Under the pieces are notes generated by a model. The model worked only from the letters and a program-made list of their open reading frames with translations. It did no database searches and was not told the DNA's origin. Shown here piece after piece: positions 37,831-53,142 of a DNA stretch of 64,000 bases (its first letter is position 1; every line of letters begins with the position of its first letter). The stretch lies in NCBI RefSeq assembly GCF_009914755.1, contig NC_060932.1. One strand, 5' to 3'. A program made the translations under genes and the position numbers. This DNA comes from the human T2T-CHM13v2.0 reference genome, Homo sapiens.

Positions 37831-40800
37831 TTCTGATCAGAGTAGTTTCAATAGACTAAGCACCATGAATAAATGCCTATTTATTGGCACCAGGTAAAAT
37901 GCCTATTGTGGTCAACCCTACGGACATAGCATGTCTTAGAATGAATTCCTTTTGAAAAGTTAAAACTTACAATTAACACAGGAAATGCAAAAGTCAGAGT
38001 GATATCTCATTACTATTGTTATGAAAATGAATACATCGGTGTAGACCTTCTTTTCCATCACCACTTCCACATTCATTCCTCAGCAAACTTTCACCCAATA
38101 CCTCTTTGCTGTGTGAAAAGCACTAGCTAGACATTGGTAAAACAGAGAAGAGGAACAATAAAACACACCCTTGCTACTGGTCAATTCTAGATTATTTGTT
38201 AACACTTTTTAAAAATTGTGACCCGTGGCGAAAGATGGTCTTCATTTCCATGGCAACCCAGTGCAATCACATACTCCCAGAAACACACACACTGAAGCAA
38301 AAGTTTCAGCAGACAGTCCTTCCTCATACCATCTATTCTGCCTTGCCCTGTCCTTTCCTACTCCCTCCTATCCTATCCTATTTCATTTAAGAAGCACTGT
38401 TCCAAATACACTAGGTTGATTTCACTGTCCACTAAACGATTGTGACCCATTGTTTGAGAAACACAATTTAATCTGAGCTCGAACAAGATGGGTCTTGACA
38501 GCTGAGTTTCACCTGTGCCGTCACCTACATTGCCTCATGTCCATCCTGATTTGGGAGTGCGCTGCTGCCTTATGTAAGCCGCATGACCTCCCCGGGGTGA
38601 CTACCTTTCTCCAGCTCTGACCTCCAGGTGTGCAGAACCACGTTAACGCACAGGTGCCAGCCCTGCATAGCCCCTCTTCACTATCTCACAGTAAGCCTCA
38701 CTTCTCTTCACAGCACTTTGTACCTTTTCTCTAGCAATCTTCTCAGTCTGAAATGAAATTCTCCCTCTGTTTTACAGCTCTTCTTATTCTTGATGACCTG
38801 GCAAAAAGTTTACTTTCTCCTGAGTAGTATCTCGCTTATCTTAGTCTATGATTTATGTTTTTTGTTAATGTCTACTATTTACTGAATGCTTACAACATTC
38901 TCTAATCTCTAAAGTCACTCAGAGGATAAACATTACAATCTCCTAGGGATCTGGAGAGCTCCGTCTCCCATCTGATTCAGATCTCCACTCAACCATCACC
39001 TTCTCCAGCAGACCTTCTGTGACAATTCATGAACTAGGACTCTCTGTTCCTCTCACAGCGATGCATGTTTCCCCATAGCACTCCTTACCACTTAGCATAT
39101 CATATCTATGTACTTGTAGGCCTTCCATCACCAAAATATAAGCTTAATGAGATAGTGGATTTGTCTGTTTTATTCACTGTTGAATATCCAGCACTCAACA
39201 TAGTGAAGACCTAACTAACACAGTCAACACTAAATACATTAGTTATTGAATGAAGGACTCTTCCCTTTACACCTAAAAAAATTAGATATAAGAAGTTCAG
39301 TAACTAGTTTGATGTCACAAGCATTACAAGTTACAGAATTAAGATTTCAAATCGTGTATATAAGATTTGAAATGCCAAGGCCCATAGTCATTTGCTGGTA
39401 AAAGAAAAACAAAAGCATTAACCATAATTACCACAGTACACAATCCAAAGTCTTTTCCTGGCTGACAAGGCCCCACATGGACTGGTCCCTACTGCCCTCT
39501 GGCCCTCCCTCCCTCCCCTCTCCTACTTTCTCATTCTATTCTAGCTACACTTGCCTTCTTGCTGATCTTTAAACACATTGTGTTTCCATATCAGAATCTT
39601 TATGACAACTATTCTGTCTACCTAAACAATATTCTTGTATGTCATGGCATGGCTTGCTGTAACCCCAGACACTGTTCAAATGTCACATCTTCAAAAAGAC
39701 TTTTTCTTATCGCTTTGGCTAAAACAGACTTTCTCTTCTACTCAGTGTTGCCTTGGAGCCCATTCACGCTGGTTTGCAAGAGCTAACTGTGCACATCTCT
39801 TCCCAATTCCATATTCAGTGATAGCACAGTGGTAGCTTGAAACTGGCCATTGTGAAAACATTTGCACAGAAGAAATCAGCAGACACTACGAAAGGCAGTT
39901 TGTCCTTTGTCTGTTTTTCCTCTTCTGAAAGCTGGTGGCTAAACATTTATGAGATTACTACCCCATTTCTCTTCATTTTCTATGTTCTTATCTTGCTTTT
40001 TTCTTCCACTTGTCAAAACTTGAAATTATATAATTTATGTCTTGCCTGTTTCCTCACTAGGATGAGTGACCCATGTATACAGCACCTTTACTATATTATT
40101 GCTGTATTTCCACTCCTATGTGGACAATACACATTCGCTTACTTCATCAGTCACCTTCTAACACTTTCTGAGCAGAGTCTGTGGCTAGCTCCGTGTGTTC
40201 CATGTGCATGGACATGCCCATTATGTCCTCACAATTGCTGTCTTACCCACTGTGTGGATAAGGAAGCTGAGACTGGATGGGGGTGAGAAAAAAACAAGAA
40301 GGACAGAAACATAACTCTCTCAAGGACCAACTGCTAATAAATGCAGGAACAGGGTCTTGAACCCATGTAATCTGAGTGCTGGGTCATCTGTGGTTTGTAC
40401 AGGGGGTCAGTGTTGCAAAGCTCTTCCAGGAGAGCAGTTGTCTTTGAGTCTGTCTCCTCTGTGTGTGCTCACACTGCTTGAGAATGCAACCATGGCTCCA
40501 CAATCGAAGGTTTACCTATTGTTGCAGTAACTCTGGAAAGAAGATTTCCTGCAGGGATCTTGATATGCAATATTTTTCTCAGTGACCCTCACGGTTATGT
40601 TTGTATTTGTCAGATTAGCTCTTCTCTGTTTTTAATTCTAGAAAATATATTCTCCCAGCTCTAGCTGGCCACTGGGATAAAAGAATTAATGAGTGAGTGA
40701 ATGACCGTAGAAATTCCTAGACTTGTCATTTCAACACGCAGCTGTGCTTTCCTTGGTGCCACCCCCTTACTTGCAGAATCCATGAGACAAGCCGTGAATG

Positions 40801-41584
40801 TCATTGTACTTTCCAAACAGAATGAATTGTGGGGAGAAAACAGGATTCTAATGAGAAAGGTGAAAAAGTCTCCACGTCCATCTTGAGTGATGGATGGGTC
40901 TCATGTGTTTCTCCTTCTATTTTTGCTATGGCATCTCAAGCATCTTTCCATCCACATTTAATGTTTGAGGTGAACGTATCATTTGGAAGCAAAAAGAAAC
41001 CCTTGGACTGTGGACCAGAGGACAAAACATATTGGAAGATTCTCTACTCCCACTCACCTGGGAATCTATGAGACAGTGACCTCATCCTCCCTCAACCCTC
41101 TCACTGCCTTGAGTACCTTTCAATTTTTTTTCTGGAAGAAGGCAAACTTAGCAATTCATCAGCCCTCCTAATTACGTAGTTCAGACTTAATTCTTATGCT
41201 GAATGCATTTCATAGCTACCACAGAGTCTAAGGCAAATTCTGTGTTTTTTCTGACATAGTTTGAGGCCACACCACCTGCTTCTAATTCATTTCGCAGAGG
41301 ACTCAGCACAGATGTCTTCAGGGACCTAGGGTGCCTTGATTCTGTCTACAAAACCATGATACTCAATGAAAGAAAATTTTGGCTGGTGACCTTCTCTGCC
41401 ACCTGCCAGCTCCCCACTCTGCAATCTGTCTGACTCTTTTGCCTGCAGAGGAAATGCAGACAGAAAGTGCAGAGGTGGGCAGACTTCTCTCCTTCACTTC
41501 CAGTGAGAAAGTGAAGAGTAACTTTGAACAGCATGTCTTGGGTGGCTGCTTTTAGGGATGAAGTGGGCATGCAATGGATACTTA

Positions 41585-41704
<120 letters not shown>

Positions 41705-42202
41705 TTACCTGCACTTTCTTTTTTTTTAATTGAGGCTCAAAAAGATGAATGATATTTCCTAATAGGAAGAGAGCCAGGCCCCTGACCTGAAGGTTCTGAA
41801 TCAACAGTCTTCACATTCCTCCAAACTGATCTCTCTCCTTCAGAGCTCTTAGCCCACACTTGGTTTATGAACACACGTGAATGCAGTCTATGAATCTGTT
41901 CTTGCATTGCTTTTGCTATTGTGTTTAACTTGAGGTCTTATTTATTCTACTAGAATATAAGACCTCTGTGAACAGGGTCCATAAATAAATGCAGATGAAA
42001 TAGAATTCCCAAACCCAGTCATGTATGTTCTCTGAACATTTTGTGGACTCTGATCTTCATATGTTTTGTCATCTTGTTCTAACTAGATGTTGATCTAAAT
42101 ACCAGCATATTTAGTTATGCATCAGCACCTACCCATATGTACCTAAGCTGGTGGCAGAGAAACACACAGAGAGCAATGTCTTACATTAAAAAGCACTTTT
42201 TC

Positions 42203-42582
<380 letters not shown>

Positions 42583-42744
42583 CTATGAATGACACAGCAA
42601 AGGCCTGAGAGGCTAAGGAAGTTCACAACGCCACCCTGCACGATCATGGTAGAGACAGGAAAGCACGAAGATCTAGAGGCCAATCCCAATGCTTGATCTA
42701 ATTCTCATAAAGGTTCCTCCAAAGAAATCAAATGCATGTGATCA

Positions 42745-42951
<207 letters not shown>

Positions 42952-43930
42952 TCAAGGCTCCTGACTCCATGAAGTCAGGAGCAGTCTTCTTCCTGAAGTC
43001 TTTACTGACTTTTCTGTTTTCAATAAAGCACTCTCCTTTCTCTGTACATCTGTAGTATTATATATTACAACTCATAGTACTATAGGATCATGTTATCACG
43101 TTTGATCTGGAAGCTAAAACAGCAATGGCAACAATAAATTATTGAGGTAGTTCCTATCTATAGAAAAACATCCAAAGCCCTTAGTCTAGCAGGCAAGATT
43201 GCCCACTACCTAGTCCCAGTATATCTTTTCCATTTCATTTTACTTTCATGTATGTTCTGAGTACAGCTTACTCTTAGATTTCCATAAACATCTTGCACCT
43301 TGAATATTTTCCCTCGCTCTTCGTTTATCCTGGATATCCCCTTTCAACTTTTCTATCCAAGCCTTCTAATCCCATCACCACAAAACTCAATTCACCCTAC
43401 TTTTCAATGCCCAGAGCCAACAACACTTGCTTTATGACGTCTTCACAGTTGCCCCAGCTGGAAACCTTTTACTCACATTCTCCCCAAACTCTTCAAGGTA
43501 CCCCAGATCCATCTACTGGACTCTACTCTGTATCCCATCAAATTCTGGACGCAGTACTTCACAGCAGTTATAACTTCCAATCATCACTATCTCCTATGTG
43601 TAAGGTAGAGTACTAGGCATTTGACGGTGCTCCCTATCTAATCCTGCCAGATACCCTTTGGTAGAGTTACTGTGGCCATCCAATTACAGAAAGTGAAATG
43701 AAAGTCAGTAAAAGAATGCCCAACCTCACATACAGCAGGGATTCAATGGAAGGGATGTATGACTATGAAGCCACATCACCATGTCACCTTCGCATAGTAA
43801 GTGTTTAAAAAACGTCCTGAGAGAAGACAGCATCTCTGTAACCTCAAAGCACCTGAGGACTGAGGCAATTCATGCACGATAGGTGCTCCATAGCTTTTCT
43901 CCACCATCCTCCTCACACTACTCCACATTT

Positions 43931-44210
43931 GTTTTTGTTTTTCTTTTAGTGACAGGGTCTCGCTCTGTCACCCAGGCTGGAGTGCAGTGGTGTGATCATG
44001 GCTCACTGCAGCCTCGAATTCCTGGGCTCCAGCAATCCTCCAATCTCAACCTCTGGCTGGGACTACAGGTGCATGCCACTGCACCCAGACAACTTTTTGT
44101 AGAGACGGGGTCTCACTGTGTTGCCCAGGCTGGTCTCGAACTCCTGGGCTCAAGTGATCCACCTGCTTCAGAGTGTTGGGATTACACGTATGAGCCATCA
44201 CACCTGGCTT
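43931..44210 (-). mobile_element. AluJ element
   Basis: Diverged Alu; TSD actccacattt. Confidence 0.9.
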
Positions 44211-45195
44211 CACTCCACATTTCTTACGGGAGATTCCTGGTTACATTAACTAAAATGTAGAGGAGTTAGACTAGAAAGGGCCTAGAGGCTTTGGGAGAAG
44301 ACCCTTTGGACAGAAATGCTTTAGATAGCTACAGTTTAATACCAGGAGAACCATCTTTTGGGGGAGTAACTCGAATTCTGGAGAGGTGAGAAGAGAGGTC
44401 ACATCTCTGAGGATGGCAGGAAGCCAGTTGCCAAAGCCTGTCACTGACCTCTAAGCTTCCTCACTTATTCAAGCATTTAATCCCAGGCACATGTTTAGAA
44501 TAAGAGAGAACTCAGAGATGAACAAGAGAGGGTCTCTGTCCATAGGGAGCTTTGTTCAATGGTGGATATTTCCACTCATTAATGTGAGTTAACAATTAAA
44601 AGTGCCACGGAGCTTTCTACTATGCACAATAGACCAGGGACACACAGCCATAGCCACATCCAATCCCATTCCTTTCTCTTCGTTGCCCTGTGCCTCAGTT
44701 TTCCTATCTGTAAAGTGAGTATGCAAAACAAATTACTGCTTTTGGGTGTAAAATATGAGGAGATCCAAGTCCAATGCCTAGCTTGAAATGCTGGAATTTT
44801 CTTCTGCTATTCTTAGACTGAAGACTAGTGCTAGATAGAGACCAATTGGGTAAAGTGAGACATCCAAGAGTAAGAAAGAGGGAAGGAGGAGTTTGGCACA
44901 CAGTAAGGTTCTGTAAATGTTGCATATTTTTGCTTTATCATGGATGACTTGCTTCCAGATACAGAACATCATTCAGCCACAGCATCATCTCTGAGCTACT
45001 TCTTCCAAAAGGTAAGATAAGTCTGTGATGATGACACAAGCTATGAAACCCCAAAATGAGGGAATCGCCTGCATTTTCTTCTGATGGAAGCTTTACTTCC
45101 AGCACTGGCTCTGGGGCAGGCAGGGGTCAAACAGGGAATGGCCATTCTTGGCCCATTCCCATACATCATGGTCAAAAGTGTTAAGTAAAAACTGG

Positions 45196-45556
<361 letters not shown>

Positions 45557-47024
45557 CTAGAGAGTGAGGCTTTTGGATGAACTGTAAGTGACTTCTATAT
45601 AGATTCTTGAACCAGTGCCTCTCACTAATAAGACCCAACCTTATGCATCAGCACGTGGCACAACTGCTCCTGAAAATGCCCCCCACCTCACCTCTGCCCA
45701 CTTCCCATCCTGGCCCAGTGCACTCCCGTTCCCAGCCATACCAACCTGCTGGCAGTGGGCTGCACACACACCTGGTCCTCTCCAATCCCAGGCCCTTGTT
45801 CAGGCTGCTGGTCTCCCTGCGCACCTTCCCCCGTCACCTTCCAGTTTCCTTTCTTCTTCTTTTCATCACTATGGACTTGTCTGTCCTCTACCAGGTAACC
45901 ATTTCAGAAGCCAATTTTGTGTCTCCTTGTTTCTTTTTTTTTTCTCTAAATAATTTCAACTTTTGTTTTAAATTCAGAGAGTCCACACACAGTCCATATT
46001 GCTTCTGATGACTCTTCTGAACCTTCTCCAATGCTCCGCGTGTAAGTCTAAGATCCTTCTTGACGTCTACTTGACCTGCATGGGCACCACTCATAGCACC
46101 TCCACCCACATGTTGCTGGCTTCACTTCCTACATCCCCTGCATTTTGAGCTTCAGCCTTCTCACTATTCCCAGCCCCAGCACAACAGCTGATAGAGAGTG
46201 AGGGTCAGTGACTCTTTACAAAATGAATAGGTGGCTCGGTGTCCGTGGGAGGTGTCCCAGGCCTCCGGAACTCAGACTGCCTCTCCCGGCCTCCTTGTTC
46301 CCTCACTCACAGCACCACTACCACGCTGCCACCACAGTGGCACCGGCAAACACAGCACGAATCCTGAGCTCCGCCACCAGAGTGAACAAGAGAAAAAAGA
46401 AAAGCTATTCATTAAATGTGTCTTTGGGAGGATTATGTTGCCTCAAGTTGATTATAGAAATGGCTTTAGATAAGGTTAAAGAAGCTTCTAATTAAGCCAC
46501 AAGAGGACTTTTCTACTCCACAGATGCCCGAGCCTGTGCAATCACAGATGGCGAGCTTGGAAGGGTTTTTTCCAGAGACCGAGGAGGCCCTTTACACTAA
46601 CAAAGAGGCAGCTGCAGCCCAGAGCTGTCATAGCTGAAACTCCCTGAAAAAAGGTCCTGCCATCCACGCCTGCCACACTTTCACCCTCGTCACCTGGGTG
46701 CTAACCAAGCACCTTTGTTCACTCCCCTACTCCCTTGCTCTGCCAACTGAGTGCTGGTTCTGTCCCAGCGGTGTGCCGAGCTCTGGGGAGCCAAACATAA
46801 ATGCATACAGTCCAGGAAGAGGTGTATGATCGTGTTATAGCTATTTAATTAGATAATTATAATATACTTGTAAACTACTGTGCAAGAGATATATACTGAG
46901 TACTGTAGAAAGGTCATGGAAGGCTTCCTGGAGGAGGTGATACTTACATTACATCTTCAAGGTGAATAGACATTAAGTCAAGAGAAGCCTGCTTTACATT
47001 CCATGAACAAACCGCGCTCTCTCA

Positions 47025-47183
47025 CTGGTCCTCAATTATGGTTGCCCATCGGAATCACTAGGAGGCTATAAGTCCACCAATGTCTGGGCCCGTCTCAGAT
47101 TCTCTGAGGGTGTGGCCTAAACATTAAACCTTTGTAAAGTTTTCCCAGGTGATTGTAATGGGCAGCCAGGGTTGCAAACCCCT
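47025..47183. mobile_element. MER5-family hAT-Charlie MITE
   Basis: cccaggtgattgtaatgggcagccagggttgcaaacccctg end motif. Confidence 0.65.
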
Positions 47184-47379
47184 GCTTGGTCACAACCCCT
47201 GCCTTCGTGCATGTCCTCATCTTCATCCAGAATCCCTCCCCAACACCTTGTGTGCATACACACTCAGGCACACACACACCTGCGATGTCCACTCCTGTTT
47301 TAGATCTCAGTTCAGTGCCATCCATCCAGGTGCCCTCTCCTACATATACAAGGGGGGTGGGGGGGCGGTCTAAGAATAA

Positions 47380-47615
47380 CAATGGCAACACTGACAATTG
47401 AGAGTTACAAGGCACTGTGTGCCAAGAGCTTTGCAGAAATTTTAATGTACTTAATTACTTAATCCTTATAGTAATCCTACCCATAAATCTAATATTATCA
47501 GTCTTAATTTATGGATGGAGTAACTAAGGCACTTGAAGGTGGAGCAACATGCCCAAGATTACAGATAGTAAGTGGGAGGCAACGTCTGGACCCAGGAAGT
47601 CCAGCTCCAAAGCTC
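47380..47615 (-). mobile_element. MIR (approximate bounds)
   Basis: ggcactgtgtgccaagagcttt...taactaaggcac...cccaagattacaga. Confidence 0.65.
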
Positions 47616-49054
47616 TGTTTAGTTGCCAAGCAATGCAGCCTCTCATTAACCCCTCTACATGCTGTGTAGACCTGCATGCTGGCCCCTGTACCACTGCATG
47701 TATTACAACAGCATGCTCACAGGTCTGCTCAACTCGCTTCAATATATATTTGCAGACGACAGGAGGAATCTCCTGCAAACTTTGCATGTATCAGACTCTT
47801 TAAACTCACAGGATATACCTGGAGACTTCTGGCATGGGATTCACTTAATACCCCCTTCATTGAGAATTTATTTTTCCTTCCGATGTTCAAGGATTTTTAT
47901 AACAACAGCATAGCAATAGTTCTGCAAGTGCATCCACTTACATGACTTTGGACCAAGGGTGACGTGGATGAAAGAAAATTCAAGTTGTTCCGGGAGACTT
48001 TCTATCAATGAAAAATGAAATCCAACATCTTGTTGAGTTCAGTTTGATAATTACTTTGGGATCTATTCTCTACCTGGTGCTATTTGGAGACACGTTTTGC
48101 AGTTTTGCTTCAGCAAATATTTAGCACGCTTAGTATGTTTTCATAACAGCCTCCAAATATAAATAGAACTCAGTCCCTTCTATGCAGGAATTCACGGCTC
48201 AGTGGAGCAGGAACAAAGTAACACAAATCCTTAAACTAAACTGAGCCATGGCTGGGATGGAGCAAGGCACCATGAAACACAGGAGCTCACCGGGAGCTCT
48301 CAGATCCCAGGATCTCAGATGGTTTCCTGAGAAGTCAGCCTTTGGTTTGGGCTTTGCAGGCTGATGAGGATTGTGTCAGGAATAAAAACAAGGTGAGATG
48401 GGATAGCCCGGGCAGAGGCCATAGCTTGCAGAAAGATACTGTTTTTGCCCCCTGAAGGTCTGAAATACAAGGTGTGCAGGAGGGCTGGGGCACCTCAGGG
48501 ACAGGTGAGAGGAGCATCACATGTCCTTGGCTTTGACTTCCATCCTAAGCAATCAGGCCTTCATCCTGCAGGTGAACAGGAACTAGCAGGAGCTTGTAAC
48601 CAGGACAGTGAGAGTTGTCCCTGTGTTGGTTTCCATGCTTCCTGCAGCACACTCTGTATGGGAGGATGTGCGACGCAAAAGATGAGTCAGACAAGGGCTC
48701 CCCCATACGGGGCCTTGTGGTTACAGAAGAAGTCCCTGTGAAGAGTGATCCTGACATGTGGTGAGGTCTCACTGGGCCCAGAAGCTTTCCCATTCCATGG
48801 GACGGGCCATAGGAAGGCAGGCTGGGTATTGCTGCCAAGGCCCCTGGAACCTCTGGAGAGATGCTCTGTGTGCACTGCTGCAGAAAAGACCGGGCAGAGA
48901 AGAGTTGAACCCTGTGTCCAGCTTCACGGCATGGCAGAGGGGGACCAGGAGACAGCTATGTGCCTGCTGGATGTCCACCTAAAGGGCGACCCCCAGTGAA
49001 GGTTTAGAGTTCAAACACACACTATTCAAACCGCCATACACGATATCCCAGCTG

Positions 49055-49184
49055 CACCATCATCTCCAGGGAACTAGTGGGAATTGCAGAATCTCTTGCC
49101 CCACCTCAGCTCAAAAGAATCAGAATGCACATTTTAACAAGATCCCCAGGTAATTCATGTGCACATTAAAGTGTGAGAAGTTCT
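49055..49184. mobile_element. MER5-family MITE fragment
   Basis: gaatcagaatgcacattttaacaagatccccaggtaattcatgtgcacattaaagt. Confidence 0.75.
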
Positions 49185-51405
49185 AAAATTGGAAAGAGAA
49201 ATTGGTTTTTCTCAAACCAGCTGCCTCCAGCTGAGCTTGGTGTTCTGGGCTGCCCTGGGCAGGCTCTCAATAAGCTCAGAGTCGCCCTCTAGAGTTAGTG
49301 CTGTGAAGTCCTAGCGCCAGGAATTCCCTGACCTGCGGGACAGGGAAAGGAGAGGTAACAGTGACCACAGTGGACAGCCAGTCCCCAAAGCTTTAGTTTC
49401 CCCACTAGGAATCAGGCCTAATAAAACCTACATCACAGCATCAAAAGGAGGACCCATGGAGCACACATGTAACATACTAATCAATGGGACCAGTGCAGAC
49501 TAGGTGCTCAGTTTCTAGGAATGGCTTTCCTTCACTCATTGTTGGAAGGTAGATAGTGTCCCGGAGTGCCTCTTATGCTCTTTACCCCCTTGAATTTGAG
49601 ATCAGCTCCTTCACAGCAGAAACTCGAGAAGCCACTGGGCCTCATGGGATCTGAGTGTCCTCTAGAATCACGGACTTCAAAAGGATGTTAAATGAAACAA
49701 TGCATTTAAAGACCCTCTGACAAGAGGACTGGTCAAAGCAAACAAACAAATGAAAGAAACAAACCCCAAATACGCAATCTCCGCCACTCCCCAAAACCAA
49801 CAAAACAGGCTGCCCACAGTCAGAAGCTGCTCACTGATGCTTAGTAACTGTACTTATCATTAGTAGTTCCTGCTAGGAGGGTATAGCTCTGGGAAAGACT
49901 ACGTGACAATTTGGGATCTCCCAGAAGTTTACTGGGGGGCAACCAGGGAATTCTCTTGTGTTATAGAAAACCTCCGTTGCTGTATTATAACAAATTAAAC
50001 AACAACAGCAACATTGCTCTCCAGTTGATACTCAGCATGTGTTGAACTTGTTTGTACCAAAGCACATGTCTGAGTTTCATTAGAACCTGCAGGTCCTCTG
50101 TGAGGAGTACACCCCACTTCCTAATCAGGCTTCACAGCAGGGGTCTTCACCAACTGCTCCAACTCCCCTCTCCAGCCTGCCCTGCATCCCCACCTGAGCT
50201 CCACCTAGGTGGGACCCAAGTACCCACGCTGCTTCAGTCTGGTGGGCCCTTACCCTGGGCTTTGCACGGCTGTTCCCTCTGCCCTGAGGGTCCTTCCCTG
50301 ACTGGTGTCTGACACCCCCCACTCCTTCAGGGCAATGTCCCAGGCTCCATGCCGGCCTCCCCAGGCAAGATAAGGTGCCCGCTCCTCCTTGCTCCTGCAG
50401 CCCCTCACCTCTCGCTCCCTGGTTCCAGTACTGACCACATCAGCAGGGTCCACCTTATCTGTGAACAAATCTATTTCTCATTGAGCTGCAAGTAAGTCCT
50501 GCTTGGTATCTTCCATCTTTGTATAACCAATGAATAGTCCAGTGGTCAGCACACAGTAGATGCTAAGTAAACATTTATAAGAATTGTATGGAGTAAAGAT
50601 TCATCCACATCACTCCATTACTGCAGAGCTCTATGTCTTCAAATGGCTTTAAATCGCCCAAAACACCTTCCCACCCCCACCACTGGCAGGAGTGGGGGAG
50701 ACCAGGAGCTGGCGATGCTCTACCTCTAAACAGTGCTGCTGACTTAGCTTGCTCTTCAGGGATTTTTGGGAAGCGGGTGTTGTTTCTTCCATTGCAATGA
50801 CCGGCCAATTCTTTACCAAACCAAGGAGTAGGCGGAAGCACACCCCCATACACCCTTTCCACCCTCTTCATCCAGCCACATCCGTGCAGCAGTTGGCTAA
50901 TTTAGTTGCTTTGTATAAAGTAAAGCCTGTGGCAATGCAGTCACTCAAAACCAAGAGCCGGTAGTCCTGCAGCTTGGGGCACCGCCCTAGAAGAGGAAGG
51001 CAATTAGTTGACCTCTCATAAAATATACTTGATCAAGTCATTGGCAGCCTGCGTCCTAACCCCTGAATCTCCCACTAGAACCATTGTGGGAAACAGACAA
51101 GATAGCACTGCAATGGAATACAGGTGGCCTTGTGTTTAGGCCCTGGGCCCACCCCTTGGTGATTCGTGGACTTTAAGGAAGCCACATTTCTCTGTGTCCA
51201 TTTAAAGCAAAATGACTGGGGATACTTGAGTACCTCCCTCCTTGTACTCCCAGGGCTGCAGCAAGGATAGAGCCTGGTGAACCATGGGCAGGGAGCCAGC
51301 ATTCCCTAGGCCAGGTATGTTGGTATTGTCATTGTTGCAGTGACTGCAGTTAACCTTAATCATCAGTTCCTGCCTCAAGATTCACTCCCTTTCCTTGTAT
51401 TGTAT

Positions 51406-51840
51406 TGTGATGGAAGGAAATTAAAATTTCTTACTCCCAAACATATTTCTTTGACATGTTTTGAAAAGGCTGCTGCTTGGCCACCAGGCAGAAGTGATCT
51501 TGCAAAACTGCCTTAAGTGGGAAAAATTCGTATCTGCAGAGAATCTCTAATAATGAAGCCAGGCTCCCTCCCTTTTTCATGCCTTTCCCAAGATCCAGGA
51601 GGGATGGAGAGTTCCACACCTTTAAAAGTCTGAAAATGAACATGTGCCACCTATTCTCTGTGAGAGAGACTTCATCTACACAACAAGGCCACCTTGGCTG
51701 GCCAAGCCTCTTCTCTCCCTCCCATAACCTGGTTTGCCAGAATCTAAGCCCCCATCTTTCTGTAACCTTAAGGTGGTGTGTAAGTTTCTGTAACTCACTG
51801 GGAAATTGGGTCTTTAGGGGCCAAGAGCCTCTAGCCCCCA
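51406..51840 (+). mobile_element. ERV1 MER4-group LTR (MER34/MER39-like), 3' part missing
   Basis: catatttctttgacatgttttga...gagacttcatctacac...tctttctgtaacct. Confidence 0.6.
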
Positions 51841-52760
51841 TATGATATATATACATACACATACATACATATCTCTCTCCACAGTTTCTGTCACAGAGCT
51901 TCTATTAATAAAACCCTTGACATTTCTGAAGTCATAGGAACATCTTTTGTTATTCATAAATTCCTTTCAAACATATGCTAATTGAGCCTGTGCCAATGAG
52001 GTGACTCTTGACAGACCTTTAGATAGCTTTAGGGTAGAGGCTGTTTGCCAGAAAGACCAATCCATGATTGGAGAGTTGGGACTTTGAGCCCGGCCCCGAT
52101 CTCTGGAGAAAGGAGAGGGGCTGGGGACTGAGCTAATCAACAATGGCCAATGATTTAATCAATTGTGTCTAATATCAGGGAACCTCCATAAAACCTTTAA
52201 GGGATGGGTCTTAGAGAGGTTCTGGGTTAGTGAATGCCTTCACCTGCTAGGAGGATGGTGTACAGGTGAGGACACTCACCTGCTAGGAGGATGGTGTACA
52301 GCTGAGGACGCCTTCAACTGCTAGGAGGAGCTCTACAGGTGAGAGGTCTCTGCACTTGGGTTCCTTGCAAACCTCGCCCTGTGGAACTCTTCATCTGGCT
52401 GTGCATCAGCACTCTTTGCAATATTCTTTATCATAGAACAGGTATAGTAAGAAAAGGGCTTCCTGAGTTCTCTGAGCCATTCACCAAATTATTAACCTAG
52501 AGGAGGACATCATAGGAATCCCTGATGTAAAGCTGATTGGTCAGAAGTACTGCAGGCCCAGGACTCACAACCTGCACCTCAAGTGAGGCCTGTCTTATGG
52601 GGCTGCACCCCTAACCAGTGGGATCTAATGCTGAACCCAGGTAGACAGGATTGAGTTTGAATTGGATCACTGGACATCCAGCTCATGTCAGAGAGTTGGC
52701 AAGGTTGTTGGTGTGAGGAAAGCCTCCACGCATTTGGTGTCAAAGTGTCTGTGGATACAG
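51841..52760 (+). mobile_element. MER21C-like ERVL LTR
   Basis: gccagaaagaccaa, caatggccaatgatttaatcaa, ttcctgagttctctgagccatt, catttggtgtca. Confidence 0.75.
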
Positions 52761-53142
52761 ACAAATCCTAGTAGTTCCTTTCTCTACACAGCTTGTCAGC
52801 CTCCTTCCTCATGGCTCTCTGTGACTTGGGAATGTGTTTCAGCTCCGTGGTGCCTGGGGCACACAGGCCTGTTCACTATAAGCCTGGGATCTCTCCACAG
52901 AGCCTCAGTCATCCCATGCCCTGCCTTCCTGCAGCCCTGCCCACTGTTCCACAAGCACAGCCTTGCACCTCACGCCTTGCTGCTTCCAGGTTCCATCTAC
53001 CGCCTTTGTGCAAACAGAAGAGAGGCTCCATATTCTCTCCAGGCTTGGCTGCAACCTAGCCTCCTCTCTCAGGTCCACTGGAGTCAGCCTTTTCCTGGGT
53101 AGACTTAGTGACACATCAACCTGGGATCCCTCTACCACATAC

